Position numbers and translations under genes: made by a program | Origin: an uncultured Myxococcales bacterium | Lineage (GTDB): Bacteria; Myxococcota_A; Polyangia; GCA-2747355; CAZCFB01 | Length of the DNA: 64,000 nt | Assembly: GCA_964511535.1 (NCBI GenBank) | Contig: CAZEFW010000013.1 | Location: 3,861-67,860, forward strand | Direction: 5' to 3' | Notes under the pieces: model-generated | Seen by the model: the letters and a program-made list of their open reading frames with translations, nothing else | Databases searched by the model: none | What the model was told of the DNA's origin: nothing | Shown: piece by piece, positions 22,401 through 30,737 of the stretch | Position numbering within the stretch: the stretch's first letter is position 1 | How the letters are laid out: each line of letters begins with the position of its first letter

Positions 22401-22737
22401 GCTGATCATCCAGAACGAGGTCACCGCCAACAACTTCAAGTACGAGGTGTTCTACCTGCTGTACGAGGAGGCCGCCACGGCTTGCGCCGAGGGGAGCTCC
22501 TGGCTGGTACGCATCGCCACCGACGGCTCGAGCCAGCAGCTCGTCAGCGCCACGAAGTACCAGGGGATCCGGGCCACGGGCGTCACCCCGGTGGGCGGCG
22601 GCGTTGACATCGCCATCACCCAGATCGGCGTCAAGGGCAAGAAGGCGACCGCCTTTACCGTGCTCCAGAACCTCTCCACCGGCGTCCTTTCAGGCATCAA
22701 ACCCTACGTCGAAGTCTGGAAGGAAGTCGCCTACTAG
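19477..22737 (+). CDS. PilY1/PilC-like type IV pilus adhesin (vWA plus beta-propeller)
   Basis: Signal peptide; MIDAS DTSGS and LLTDG, GGTP; PilY1 motifs W.GQVRA, WNAG..L, HSTPAVVG, IYVASNEGLLHAF...DGSEAFAY.P, ALDITDP, LGETWSVP, ADLHG. Confidence 0.85.
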   Translation: MMRTSSRFSSTKLLAILASAAILTLLPVTSRAEVDPMGVITERLQRAEVSIVLDTSGSMAWYPNPATRVGSDCGGNRKGTVDLCGDGMCSGSEGSSGNLCAQDCNLSSATSGPAGSPKQCNPNNVKNSRMFMIKRVLRNLLPDLRRSVSFGMVTFYQTGYHRYYLADTGTTKQVSVFFSRMELEALGAWNKNKERPRNYFNWNGTQYSRLNKSGLSVKRDSLYARVDNTGIENRFKFNKAKLLHTTGSLNWSYRGTYYTFDQRPIQANVWFSSPTYRGPQFVDASGNAWVHHRYDHNYSSQGISAGSSGMVSVPMAASEDQAVIDNRLFSIMSKLNTARNGGIWSYGGTPAGPAIQTAESLFRARQQGTGIYAAAGADPQASCRPRFVLLLTDGQSNQGVKPWVAAQNLRLSSTFSGNPIRTLVVGLPGLPSSAVSELDRVADLGDDGISNNSQSAYVASDEAALAKVLKQVLFEIVQGDYTTTEPAVTTQQASLATQEVAVIPSTEYPGWRGQVRALDLTTTPPTELWNAGDMLQNVSYKERILFSGYPTLNNGLPVKIMAPDGTVNINGGCSGCGGVGLRQIWKKVGTPPTNNEIRRMVEWLAGKGRTWKLPPLMHSTPAVVGMPPKYDLKSHGDFRGAYASRERLIYVASNEGLLHAFRNKDGSEAFAYLVPDALPMLYDLWRRGGQDADPSGFRWVLASSPRVEDVPSSAAFGWSTHLVLTMGAAGEQFVALDITDPSECHATSCTLNPAPFTVAAHSRELQTASVLGETWSVPALYYDYVGGSNAPDAKMSMGSGYGSGSEGNFYNHFDSLYAAPGSTEHSSTGAQVDFAVLADTTAAINLEDRRQVMATYQADLHGRIARYTKGDNQAGSVLIDAGATHPIYYSPATFHMGNGNVLLAAASQAQDEASPPSSARTALIIRSEKDGQVDLFNDNVTCDITDICSQKPGCPVTIPSGCVAPGATAKPVTRPLIIQNEVTANNFKYEVFYLLYEEAATACAEGSSWLVRIATDGSSQQLVSATKYQGIRATGVTPVGGGVDIAITQIGVKGKKATAFTVLQNLSTGVLSGIKPYVEVWKEVAY

Positions 22738-22766
22738 CGCCGCACAAATCCCACCCAACATCCGCC

Positions 22767-22804
22767 CAAAATCGAGGACGCTTTTAAAAAGCGTCCTCGT
22801 TTTG
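22767..22804. terminator. Intrinsic terminator-like hairpin after the PilY1 gene
   Basis: CAAAATCGAGGACGCTTTT / AAAAAGCGTCCTCGTTTTG, a near-perfect inverted repeat ending in a T run. Confidence 0.75.
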
Positions 22805-22829
22805 CGGTGCAGCATGGGGGAGGGGGAGT

Positions 22830-22992
22830 TAGAGCACCGATCAGGAAAAGGGACCGAGCCAGGCGAAGCAACTGGAATCACAGGCACGGAGGGAGGAGGG
22901 AGCTTGCTGGAGGCAAGTGACCGACGAGCGACAAAGCCTGTGGTTTCAGGAGCTGCGCCTGGCGACGGGAGTTAACCTGTTCGGTGCTCTAG
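22830..22992 (+). mobile_element. MITE-like structured repeat, copy 2
   Basis: Terminal inverted repeats TAGAGCACCGATCAGG ... CCTGTTCGGTGCTCTA; body near-identical to 4802-4954. Confidence 0.85.
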
Positions 22993-23154
22993 TGGGGTGG
23001 AACCGAAGTTCGAGCTACATGCTCGCGCCGCAATCGTAATTCCTGGCAAGGCGCGAAGAGGGCGCGTACTGGAAGTACGCAACCGATGAGCAACGTAGCC
23101 AGGGGTCTCGAGGGCAAGCGATATGTGGGTCGAATCTAGGAGACACCCCACTAG
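22989..23154 (+). mobile_element. Second MITE-like element with different ends and a related core, abutting copy 2
   Basis: CTAG-TGGGGTG (22993-22999) ... CACCCCA (23144-23150)-CTAG; core CCTGGC-AAGGCGCGAAGAGGGC-GCGTAC-TGGAA-GTACGC-AACCGATGAGCAACGTA-GCCAGG. Confidence 0.75.
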
Positions 23155-25571
23155 TAGCAATTCGAGGTGCTGGAGCAGGCCTTGGTGTCTGCGGGAGTCG
23201 GTGCGCTGGAGCCGGTGAGGCCCTTCTTGCCGTCTCGCTCGGCAGTTGGGGCGCCGGTGGCCGAGGCGCCGCCGCTGCCGCCATTGCCCGCCGTGGCGCT
23301 GGCCTTGTCGAAGGTGCAGCTCTGGGTGATGTTGCTCTTGTAGCTCAGGATCCCGTAGCTTGCGCCGCCGCTTCCGCCGCCGCCCCCGCCGCCGTGACCA
23401 CCGTGGCCGCCCTTGGCGCCCGCGCCACCGCCGGAACGCCCGCTCTTGCCCGATCCGCCGCTCCCCCCGCTGCCGCCGCTCTGGCCCTGGCCGCCCTCAC
23501 CGCCGCTGCCGCCGGTGCCGCCGTCGCCGAGCTTGATCGCGCAGTCCCCGCCGAAGGTGATCCCCGACGCGATGGCCACCAGCCCGAAGCTGCCGCCCCC
23601 GGCCTTGCCGCCGCCGCCGCCCGTGAGCGCGGCGCAGCCACCCGCGCCACCGCCGCCGCCGCCGGCCCCTGCAAAGTCGAAGTCCTTGTCACACCCGCCG
23701 CCCCCGCCACCGCCGCCGCCGCCGCCGCCGTTCTTGCCCGCGCCGCCCTGGCCGCCAGCGCCGCCATACCAGAAGCCGCTGACCAGCGCGCCGCCGGAGC
23801 CTGCCGCGCCGGGCGCCCCGTTTTGCACTCGCCCCGCCTTGCCACCGCTGCCCTTGCCGCAGGTCGAGGCGCCGTATCCGCCGCCGCCTCTGTAACCGTA
23901 GCTGTTGTAGACATAGTAGGAGGCGTTGCTGCCTGACGAGCCGTTGCTGGCAGTGCAGTCCCCGCCGATGAGGCACTGTTTGACCCCGAAGTAGGTCTTG
24001 CATTTGGTGTCGGCCTTGCCCCCGTTGCCGCCGCCGCCCCCGGCCGGAGCGGGAGAGCCGATGCAGCTGTTGAAGCCGCCCTTGCCGCCGTAGCCATGCA
24101 CGCCGCTGTCGCAGGTGCTGTACAGCTGCTTGCCGTCACCCCCCTTGGCGCCGTTCATCACCGACGTGGCGTACACCTGAGGCGCCGGCAGCCCCTTGCC
24201 GCCCGCCTTGCCCGCCGCCCCTCTGCCCGCCTGGAGGGTGACCCGGTCGAACTTCAGGTTGAACGAGGTGTCCGCGTGCACCACGTAAGAGCTTCGGGTG
24301 CCCGCCGTGGTCTCACCCGAGGCGTCTGCCCCGACCAGCATCAGATCCATCATGGCCGCGCCCTTGCTGATGCTGTGAGCCAGCACCGTGAGGTACTGCC
24401 CGGTGCTGCTGTGCAGGCTGCCCTTGATGGTGACCATGTGCGCCGACTTGGAGCGCACGTCCCGCTTCCAGCTGCTGTCGAACCCGCCCACCACGCTGGC
24501 GCCATCCTTGAGCGTCACCACCTCGCTGTAGGTGCCCGCCTGCAGGTAGATATGCTTCTTGCCCTGGTTGGCAGCCGCGATGAACGCGTACCCGATGGTC
24601 TTGCACGGGATCTTGTGGGTGCCGCAGTTGGAATTGTCCAGGCCCGACGGCGCCACGAAGACGCCGCTCTTGAGCTCGCCGTCGATGCCGTCGCAGTTCT
24701 TGTCCTCGAACTTGCCGTCCGGCTCGTCGGTCTTGGACGGCGCCTCGCACGCGCTCCAGCCCAGGCTCTTGCCTCCGCTCCACCCCTTGGCCTCGCACTT
24801 GTAAGCGCCGGCGCAGGTGGTGCCCAGCGCCGTCTTGATGCTGCACGCCTTGGTCTTGCCGATCTTGGTCTTGTCGCAGTCGCAGGCGCCGCTGTCGGGC
24901 ACGCACTGGTTGTGGCTGGAGCCGCCGATGGTCACCGAGGTGCAGCTGTAACCGGTGGGGCACCCCTTGACCGTGCTGCAGTCCCGTCCGCAGTAGGCGC
25001 TGCCGTCCGGGTAGGGGATGCACTTGTCCGCCAGGCTGATGGAGCACTCCTTGTCGGTCTTGCACGGGGTGCACATGATGTTGTTCTCCGGCACGCACAC
25101 CTCGGTCACCTTGCCGGTCTCGACCGAGCCGAGCACGCCGAAGCAGTTGTAACCCTTGGGACAAACGGTGCCCTTGCACAGCTTGGAGCAGATTCCGCCG
25201 GTGCCGGCGAACAGGCAGATGTTGGACTGGCACTGCTTCTTGTCGGTGCACTTGGAGCCGAAGGGCAGCTTGGCCATGTCCGGCTTGAACAGCTGGTCCG
25301 GCGCGCCGCCCTCCATGACCAGATCGCCCTGGGAGCCGTCGTTGCCTGGCCCCAGGTCCACCGCGGGCCCCTTGTCTGGCCCCCCCGCCTCGGCGTACCC
25401 CGTGCACACCCCCCCGATGCAGTTCCACCCCACGGGGCAGGGGTGGTCTCCATCGCAGTTGCAGGTGGTTGTGTTGGGGTCGCAGTTTTCGATGAACACC
25501 GGCGTGGAGCTGGCGCAGGAAGCGAGGGCCAGCGTGGCGCAGGCGAGCAGGATCAGAGCAATTCTAGTCAT
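23151..25571 (-). CDS. Cys-rich, Gly-rich (PGRS-like) surface lipoprotein with a DUF1565/beta-helix-like region
   Basis: Lipobox LASC; many Cys repeats; DKNCDGIDG motif; VFVAPSG..CGT..PCKTI; long GGxGG tracts. Confidence 0.8.
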   Translation of the reverse strand: MTRIALILLACATLALASCASSTPVFIENCDPNTTTCNCDGDHPCPVGWNCIGGVCTGYAEAGGPDKGPAVDLGPGNDGSQGDLVMEGGAPDQLFKPDMAKLPFGSKCTDKKQCQSNICLFAGTGGICSKLCKGTVCPKGYNCFGVLGSVETGKVTEVCVPENNIMCTPCKTDKECSISLADKCIPYPDGSAYCGRDCSTVKGCPTGYSCTSVTIGGSSHNQCVPDSGACDCDKTKIGKTKACSIKTALGTTCAGAYKCEAKGWSGGKSLGWSACEAPSKTDEPDGKFEDKNCDGIDGELKSGVFVAPSGLDNSNCGTHKIPCKTIGYAFIAAANQGKKHIYLQAGTYSEVVTLKDGASVVGGFDSSWKRDVRSKSAHMVTIKGSLHSSTGQYLTVLAHSISKGAAMMDLMLVGADASGETTAGTRSSYVVHADTSFNLKFDRVTLQAGRGAAGKAGGKGLPAPQVYATSVMNGAKGGDGKQLYSTCDSGVHGYGGKGGFNSCIGSPAPAGGGGGNGGKADTKCKTYFGVKQCLIGGDCTASNGSSGSNASYYVYNSYGYRGGGGYGASTCGKGSGGKAGRVQNGAPGAAGSGGALVSGFWYGGAGGQGGAGKNGGGGGGGGGGGGCDKDFDFAGAGGGGGGAGGCAALTGGGGGKAGGGSFGLVAIASGITFGGDCAIKLGDGGTGGSGGEGGQGQSGGSGGSGGSGKSGRSGGGAGAKGGHGGHGGGGGGGSGGASYGILSYKSNITQSCTFDKASATAGNGGSGGASATGAPTAERDGKKGLTGSSAPTPADTKACSSTSNCY

Positions 25572-25689
25572 GCGCGCAGTTTAGCACGCAGTCCAGAGGG
25601 CGGCAGTGACGCCGATTCCACCCGGGTTTTTGTGATATTTTTCCCAGGAACCTGTTCCGTGAAGCCGCAGCCACTGAGGGAGGACGAGC

Positions 25690-27756
25690 TTGGTCGTGAA
25701 GCTGCACCCGGTGCTCTGGGCCTGTCTGGCCTTCACAGCCGCCTGCCACGACACCAGCGCCATCAATCGGCCGGGGGATTCGGCTGTTGCGGATTCGGCA
25801 GTGCCGGACGCGGCCGGGGACCTGGCGGCGATTGACGGTCAGGGGGTGGATCTGGCCGTGGCGGATCGTGGGTCTGATGCGCCGGCGGTGGACAGCGCGT
25901 TGGTCGACGCGCCGCGGCCGGAGGCCAGCACTCCTGATGCTGCTGCGCCCGAGGCAGCGGTGCCGGACCTGGCCACGCCCGACCTGGCCACAGTGGACCA
26001 GGCCGCCAATGACGCGGGGGCGCCGCCCAAGCCGAAGATCGGCGTGTGCTCCAAGGACAACTGGTGCTGGATGAATCCGCTGCCCCAGGGTCATACCCTG
26101 CACGGGGCGTGGGCCGGCGGTGGCGAGGTGTTCGCGGTGGGGGAGGGCGGCACGGTGCTGCGCCATGACGGCAAGGCGTGGTCCCTGGCGGACACGCCCA
26201 CCATCAAGACCCTGTACGGGGTGTGGGGCTCGGGGCCCAAGGATGTCTGCGCCGTGGGCGAGGCGGGCACGCTGGTCTGCGGGGATGCCAAGGGCTGGAA
26301 GAGCTACGGCACCGGGGTCAAAACGGACCTGCACGCCATCTGGGGCAGCGCGGCCGGCGATGTGTACGCCGTGGGCATGGGAGGCGTCATCCTGCACAAC
26401 AGCGGCGGCGGCTTCGGACCGGAGACCTCCGGGATCACCACATGGCTCAATGGCGTGTGGGGTAGCTCGGCCACCGACGTGTGGGCCGTGGGCGACGGCG
26501 GGGTCATCCTGCATCGCGGCAAGACCGGCACCTGGACGGCGGTGACCCCCAAGCCGACGACGGCGGACCTGTACGCTGTATGGGGTTCGGGTCCATCGGC
26601 CGTCTACGCCGTGGGCAAGGGCGGGGTCGTGGTGAGCAACGCCAGCGGCAAGTGGGCCGCGGCCAAGTCCTTCACCACCACCAACCTCAACGCCATATGG
26701 GGCACCGGCCCCAAGGACATCTGGGCCGCAGGCGCCAAGGGCGAGCTGTACCGGGATACCGGTAGCGGCTGGACCAAGCAGACCTCGCCCATGACCTCGG
26801 ACCTGCTGGCGCTGACCGGCGCCGGCGCCAAGCTGCAAGCCGTGGGAAAGGGCGGTGCCATGGCCGGGTACACAGCAGGCAAGTGGACGGCAATTTCCTC
26901 GTCGGTGAGCGAAAAGCTGCTTCGTGCCGTATGGAGCAAGTCATCAAAGGAAACATTCGCGGTGGGCAATGAAGGGACGGTCCTCCACTTTGACGGCATT
27001 TCCTGGACCAAGATGACCTCGAACACCAAGGCCACTTTGGCTGGCGTGTGGGGCAGTTCCACCAGTCATGTATATGCGGTGGGCAGTGAACATCCCTCCA
27101 AGCCAGCGGCGATTTACTACAATGGATCTGCCTGGAGTAAATCAGGGCTGCCCGCTGGTTTCTACACCCTCAGCAGCGTCTGGGGCAGCGGCCCGGGTGA
27201 TGTTTACGCGGTCGGCGGCCAGTACGCTTCGAAAGGCTCGCTCATCCTCCACAACCAGGGCAAGGGATGGGCCATTCATTCAAACTCCTACAAGTCGCTT
27301 GGCGCCTACACTGAGGTGTGGTGCTCCAGTTCCAGCGATGTCTGGATAGTTGGCGCCGAAGGTGGGAAAGCAACGCAGCATTACGATGGCGCCTCCTGGA
27401 CCGGACATACCCAGGGAACAGGAAACGGCCGGGCCGTCTGGAGCAGCCATGGCAAGGACGCATTCGTCGCTGCCCAGTTTGGCCTCGTGCATCATTTCGA
27501 CGGCAAGAAGTGGACCCAGCAGTTCCAGCACAAGGTTGGCACAGGCGGCGACTCTCCCCTCCGGGATCTCTGGGGAAGCAGCTCGACGAACGTCTACGCC
27601 GTGGGCGTCGTCGGGTCGCTACTTCGCCACGACGGCAAGTACTGGAAGCAGCAGGCGTCAGGAACCTCTCATCTCTTGCTCGGAATCCACGGCACCGGCC
27701 CCACCGACATCTTCGTCGTTGGCGACAAGGGCACCATCTTGCACAAGGGGAAGTAA
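25690..27756 (+). CDS. Beta-propeller repeat lipoprotein, paralog A
   Basis: Lipobox TAAC; Pro/Asp stalk; WCWMNPLPQG; about 14 repeats of L.xVWGSxxxDV[YW]AVGxxGxILH...W. Confidence 0.85.
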   Translation: MVVKLHPVLWACLAFTAACHDTSAINRPGDSAVADSAVPDAAGDLAAIDGQGVDLAVADRGSDAPAVDSALVDAPRPEASTPDAAAPEAAVPDLATPDLATVDQAANDAGAPPKPKIGVCSKDNWCWMNPLPQGHTLHGAWAGGGEVFAVGEGGTVLRHDGKAWSLADTPTIKTLYGVWGSGPKDVCAVGEAGTLVCGDAKGWKSYGTGVKTDLHAIWGSAAGDVYAVGMGGVILHNSGGGFGPETSGITTWLNGVWGSSATDVWAVGDGGVILHRGKTGTWTAVTPKPTTADLYAVWGSGPSAVYAVGKGGVVVSNASGKWAAAKSFTTTNLNAIWGTGPKDIWAAGAKGELYRDTGSGWTKQTSPMTSDLLALTGAGAKLQAVGKGGAMAGYTAGKWTAISSSVSEKLLRAVWSKSSKETFAVGNEGTVLHFDGISWTKMTSNTKATLAGVWGSSTSHVYAVGSEHPSKPAAIYYNGSAWSKSGLPAGFYTLSSVWGSGPGDVYAVGGQYASKGSLILHNQGKGWAIHSNSYKSLGAYTEVWCSSSSDVWIVGAEGGKATQHYDGASWTGHTQGTGNGRAVWSSHGKDAFVAAQFGLVHHFDGKKWTQQFQHKVGTGGDSPLRDLWGSSSTNVYAVGVVGSLLRHDGKYWKQQASGTSHLLLGIHGTGPTDIFVVGDKGTILHKGK

Positions 27757-27759
27757 ATC

Positions 27760-29835
27760 GTGATGGGCAAGATCGCAGCTCTCCTGAGCATCACTCTGCT
27801 GGCAGCCGCCTGCCACGACACCGGCGCCATCAAGCGACCCGGGGACGCGGCGGCGGCGGCGGACCGGGCGGTTGCGGACGGGGCGGTGGACCGGGCGGTT
27901 GCGGATGGTCCACGTAGTGAGGCAGGTGCGCCAGACGCGGTGATGCGCGAGGCGGGGGCGCCTGATCGGGCGGTGCCCGACCAGGCAGTGCCGGACCAAT
28001 CAGTGCCGGACCAGGGCGCCCCCGACATGGCGGTCGCGGACCAGGATTCGCCCGATGCGGCCCTATATGACGCGGGTGGACATGACGCGGCTGGCCCCCT
28101 CCAACCGAAGGTCGGCGTGTGCTCCAAGGACAACTGGTGCTGGATGAACCCGCTGCCCCAGGGGCACACGTTGCACGGGGCGTGGTCCGGCGGGGGCGAG
28201 GTGTTCGCGGTGGGGGAGGGCGGCACAGTGCTGCGGCATGATGGCTCTGGCTGGTCCCTGGCGGATACGCCCACCATCAAGATCCTGTACGGCGTGTGGG
28301 GCGCCGGGCCCAAGGATGTGTGCGCGGTGGGCGAGGCGGGCACGCTGGTCTGTTTCGATGGCGCCAACTGGAAGAGCTACAGCTCCGGGGTCAAGACCGA
28401 CCTGCACGCCATCTGGGGCTCCGGATCCAGCGATATGTACGCCGTGGGCATGGGCGGCGTCATCCTGCACAACACCGGCGGCGGCTTCGGCGCGGAGCAG
28501 TCCGGCGTCACCACCTGGCTCAACGGCATCTGGGGCAGCTCGGCCACCGACGTGTGGGCCGTGGGCGACGGCGGGGTCATCCTGCATCGCAGCAAGACCG
28601 GCACCTGGACCGCGGTGACGCCCAAGCCCACCACGGCGGACCTGTACGCCGTGTGGGGCGCCTCGGCCTCGGCCGTCCACGCCGTTGGCAAGGGCGGCGT
28701 GGTGGTGAGCAACACCAGCGGCAAGTGGACCGCGGTCAAGTCCTTCACCACCACCCACCTCAACGCCGTGTGGGGCACCGGCCCCAAGGACATCTGGACC
28801 GCCGGCGCCAAGGGCGAGCTGTACCGGGACACCGGCAGCGGCTGGACCAAGCAGAACTCGCCCATCACGGGCGACCTGCTGGCGCTCACCGGATCCGGCA
28901 CCAAGCTGCACGCCGTGGGCAAGGGTGGGGCCATGGCGGCGTACGCGACAGGCAAGTGGTCGGCAATTTCGTCGTCGGTGACCCGCAACAACCTCAACAG
29001 TGTCTGGGGGCTGTCAGCCACGGATATTTTCACCGTGGGCGACAAGGGCACCATCTTGCGGTTCGACGGCGTGGGGTGGGCAAAGATGACCTCGCCCAGT
29101 ACTGCCAACCTGACCGGTGTCTGGGCCGCAAGCGGTACCGTGGCCCATGCCGTGGGGTGGAAGGCCCCGCTAGACCCGGTTGCCCTGTATTTCAACGGAA
29201 ACCAGTGGGCCACCAACGCGGTCCCCGCGGGGACATATGTTCTGAACGATGTCTGGGGCAGCTCGACCACCAACATCTACGCCGTGGGCGGCCGGTCGAA
29301 TTTCACCACGCGGATCCTGCACAATACTGGCAAGGGGTGGAGCTTCCTCGCCAAGGCGCCCATTTCAGGGGACTCGTTTCGGGAAATTCAAGGCACCAGC
29401 GCGAGCAACATCTGGGTGGTGGGGGGTTCAGATAGTGCGGTGGTCAATGGTGACTACCACTTCGACGGCAGCGCCTGGGTCGGGCACGATCCGGTCAAGT
29501 ATGGGACCTACTCTGTGTGGTCAGCCCACGCCAAGGATGCATTCGTGGCAGGCAAGGGTGGGGGCATCTACCGCTGGAACGGCAAACAATGGGTGGGTCA
29601 GGTGCAGGTCAAGAAGCACTATCCCACAGGCGATTACATGTATGGCATCTGGGGCACTGGCAGCTCAAACCTGTTCTTCGTGGGCACAGCGGGTCTCATC
29701 GTTCATCATGACGGTTCGAGTTGGACTTTCCCGTCATCTGGCACTGGCCATCGCCTTGCTGACATTCATGGCACAGGTCCAAAGAACATCTTCATCGTCG
29801 GCGAAAAAGGCACGATCCTGCACAAGGGCAAGTGA
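27760..29835 (+). CDS. Beta-propeller repeat lipoprotein, paralog B
   Basis: Same architecture as 25690..27756; N-terminal repeats near-identical to it; both end KGTILHKGK. Confidence 0.85.
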   Translation: MMGKIAALLSITLLAAACHDTGAIKRPGDAAAAADRAVADGAVDRAVADGPRSEAGAPDAVMREAGAPDRAVPDQAVPDQSVPDQGAPDMAVADQDSPDAALYDAGGHDAAGPLQPKVGVCSKDNWCWMNPLPQGHTLHGAWSGGGEVFAVGEGGTVLRHDGSGWSLADTPTIKILYGVWGAGPKDVCAVGEAGTLVCFDGANWKSYSSGVKTDLHAIWGSGSSDMYAVGMGGVILHNTGGGFGAEQSGVTTWLNGIWGSSATDVWAVGDGGVILHRSKTGTWTAVTPKPTTADLYAVWGASASAVHAVGKGGVVVSNTSGKWTAVKSFTTTHLNAVWGTGPKDIWTAGAKGELYRDTGSGWTKQNSPITGDLLALTGSGTKLHAVGKGGAMAAYATGKWSAISSSVTRNNLNSVWGLSATDIFTVGDKGTILRFDGVGWAKMTSPSTANLTGVWAASGTVAHAVGWKAPLDPVALYFNGNQWATNAVPAGTYVLNDVWGSSTTNIYAVGGRSNFTTRILHNTGKGWSFLAKAPISGDSFREIQGTSASNIWVVGGSDSAVVNGDYHFDGSAWVGHDPVKYGTYSVWSAHAKDAFVAGKGGGIYRWNGKQWVGQVQVKKHYPTGDYMYGIWGTGSSNLFFVGTAGLIVHHDGSSWTFPSSGTGHRLADIHGTGPKNIFIVGEKGTILHKGK

Positions 29836-30662
29836 GCATGCATTACAGAGCAACCAGCATCCTGTGCGCGGCGGCCATCGTCGCCCTCGCCGGCTGCCCG
29901 CAATCCAAACAGAAGGGAGCGGAGCCCATGGCCAAGAAACCGAAACCGGCGCCCAGGACGCTGGCGCCCCCTCCCGAAGAATCAGCCGACAAAAAGGTTA
30001 GCGAGGGCGAGCAGCACGAGATCGTCACCTACACCGCCCACCTGGACATGGACCGCCTCTCGGGCGGCAAGCGGCTGCAGGCCACCACCATCACCCTGGA
30101 CAGCGGGCGGCAGCTCATAGCCTCGTACAGGCCGATGAAGGAGTATCTGGAGTTCGTGGACAGGCGCGTGGTGGTGCAGGGGTACCACTACGAAAACCCG
30201 CCCCATGTGCAGCAGGTGATGGCGGACCACTTCGCCATCACCTCGGTGAAGCTCGCCCCGGGCGAGCAGCCGTACGAGACCAGGCCCACCGGCCTGCCCA
30301 CGCCGCCCACCGTGGCCACCCGCGCCGAATTCGAGGCTCGCGACCGCCGCTGGGTCCAGCTGTTCGCCACCCTCAAGACCGGCAGCCAGCGCCCGGACGA
30401 CAGCTGGTGCGACACCCTCCTGACTTTGCCCGACGGCACGGAGCTGTGGGCCTCGGCCTACAAGACCACCTTCGAGCGCGTATGGAAGCCGCTGTTCGGC
30501 AAGCAGGTGAGCGTCATCGCCCAGGCGAGCATCGACAAAAAGGACCCCAAGCGTCCCCTCAAGCTCGTGGGTCAGACCGCCATCTGCGAAGGAAAGATGG
30601 AGCGCTGCGGCATGGGCCAGGATGTCTACAAGAGGAACAGCGGCCCGGTGAAGATCAGGTAA
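29832..30662 (+). CDS. Hypothetical lipoprotein
   Basis: Lipobox LAGC; start overlaps the previous stop; two beta-rich segments (RRVVVQG, GKQVSVIA) suggest OB-like domains. Confidence 0.7.
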   Translation: MSMHYRATSILCAAAIVALAGCPQSKQKGAEPMAKKPKPAPRTLAPPPEESADKKVSEGEQHEIVTYTAHLDMDRLSGGKRLQATTITLDSGRQLIASYRPMKEYLEFVDRRVVVQGYHYENPPHVQQVMADHFAITSVKLAPGEQPYETRPTGLPTPPTVATRAEFEARDRRWVQLFATLKTGSQRPDDSWCDTLLTLPDGTELWASAYKTTFERVWKPLFGKQVSVIAQASIDKKDPKRPLKLVGQTAICEGKMERCGMGQDVYKRNSGPVKIR

Positions 30663-30694
30663 TCAGAGCCCCTGAAGCCAGTCCCCCTGTGCAC

Positions 30695-30717
30695 ACGCGG
30701 CGGGACGCCGCGTCTAC
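30695..30717 (-). repeat. GTAG-type REP-like palindrome
   Basis: Minus strand reads GTAG-ACGCGGCG-TCC-CGCCGCGT, between convergent genes. Confidence 0.6.
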
Positions 30718-30737
30718 GCCTCACGCCACGGCGTCAC

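Noticed and set aside
23151-24300. Gly-rich region as a true mycobacterial PE-PGRS gene or horizontal transfer
   Set aside because: No PE domain; lipobox and Cys-rich repeats are typical of myxobacterial surface proteins; codon usage matches the host.
25690-29835. Paralog pair as a DGR template/variable repeat
   Set aside because: The divergent region is about 800 bp with indels and changes at all bases; both copies are intact genes.
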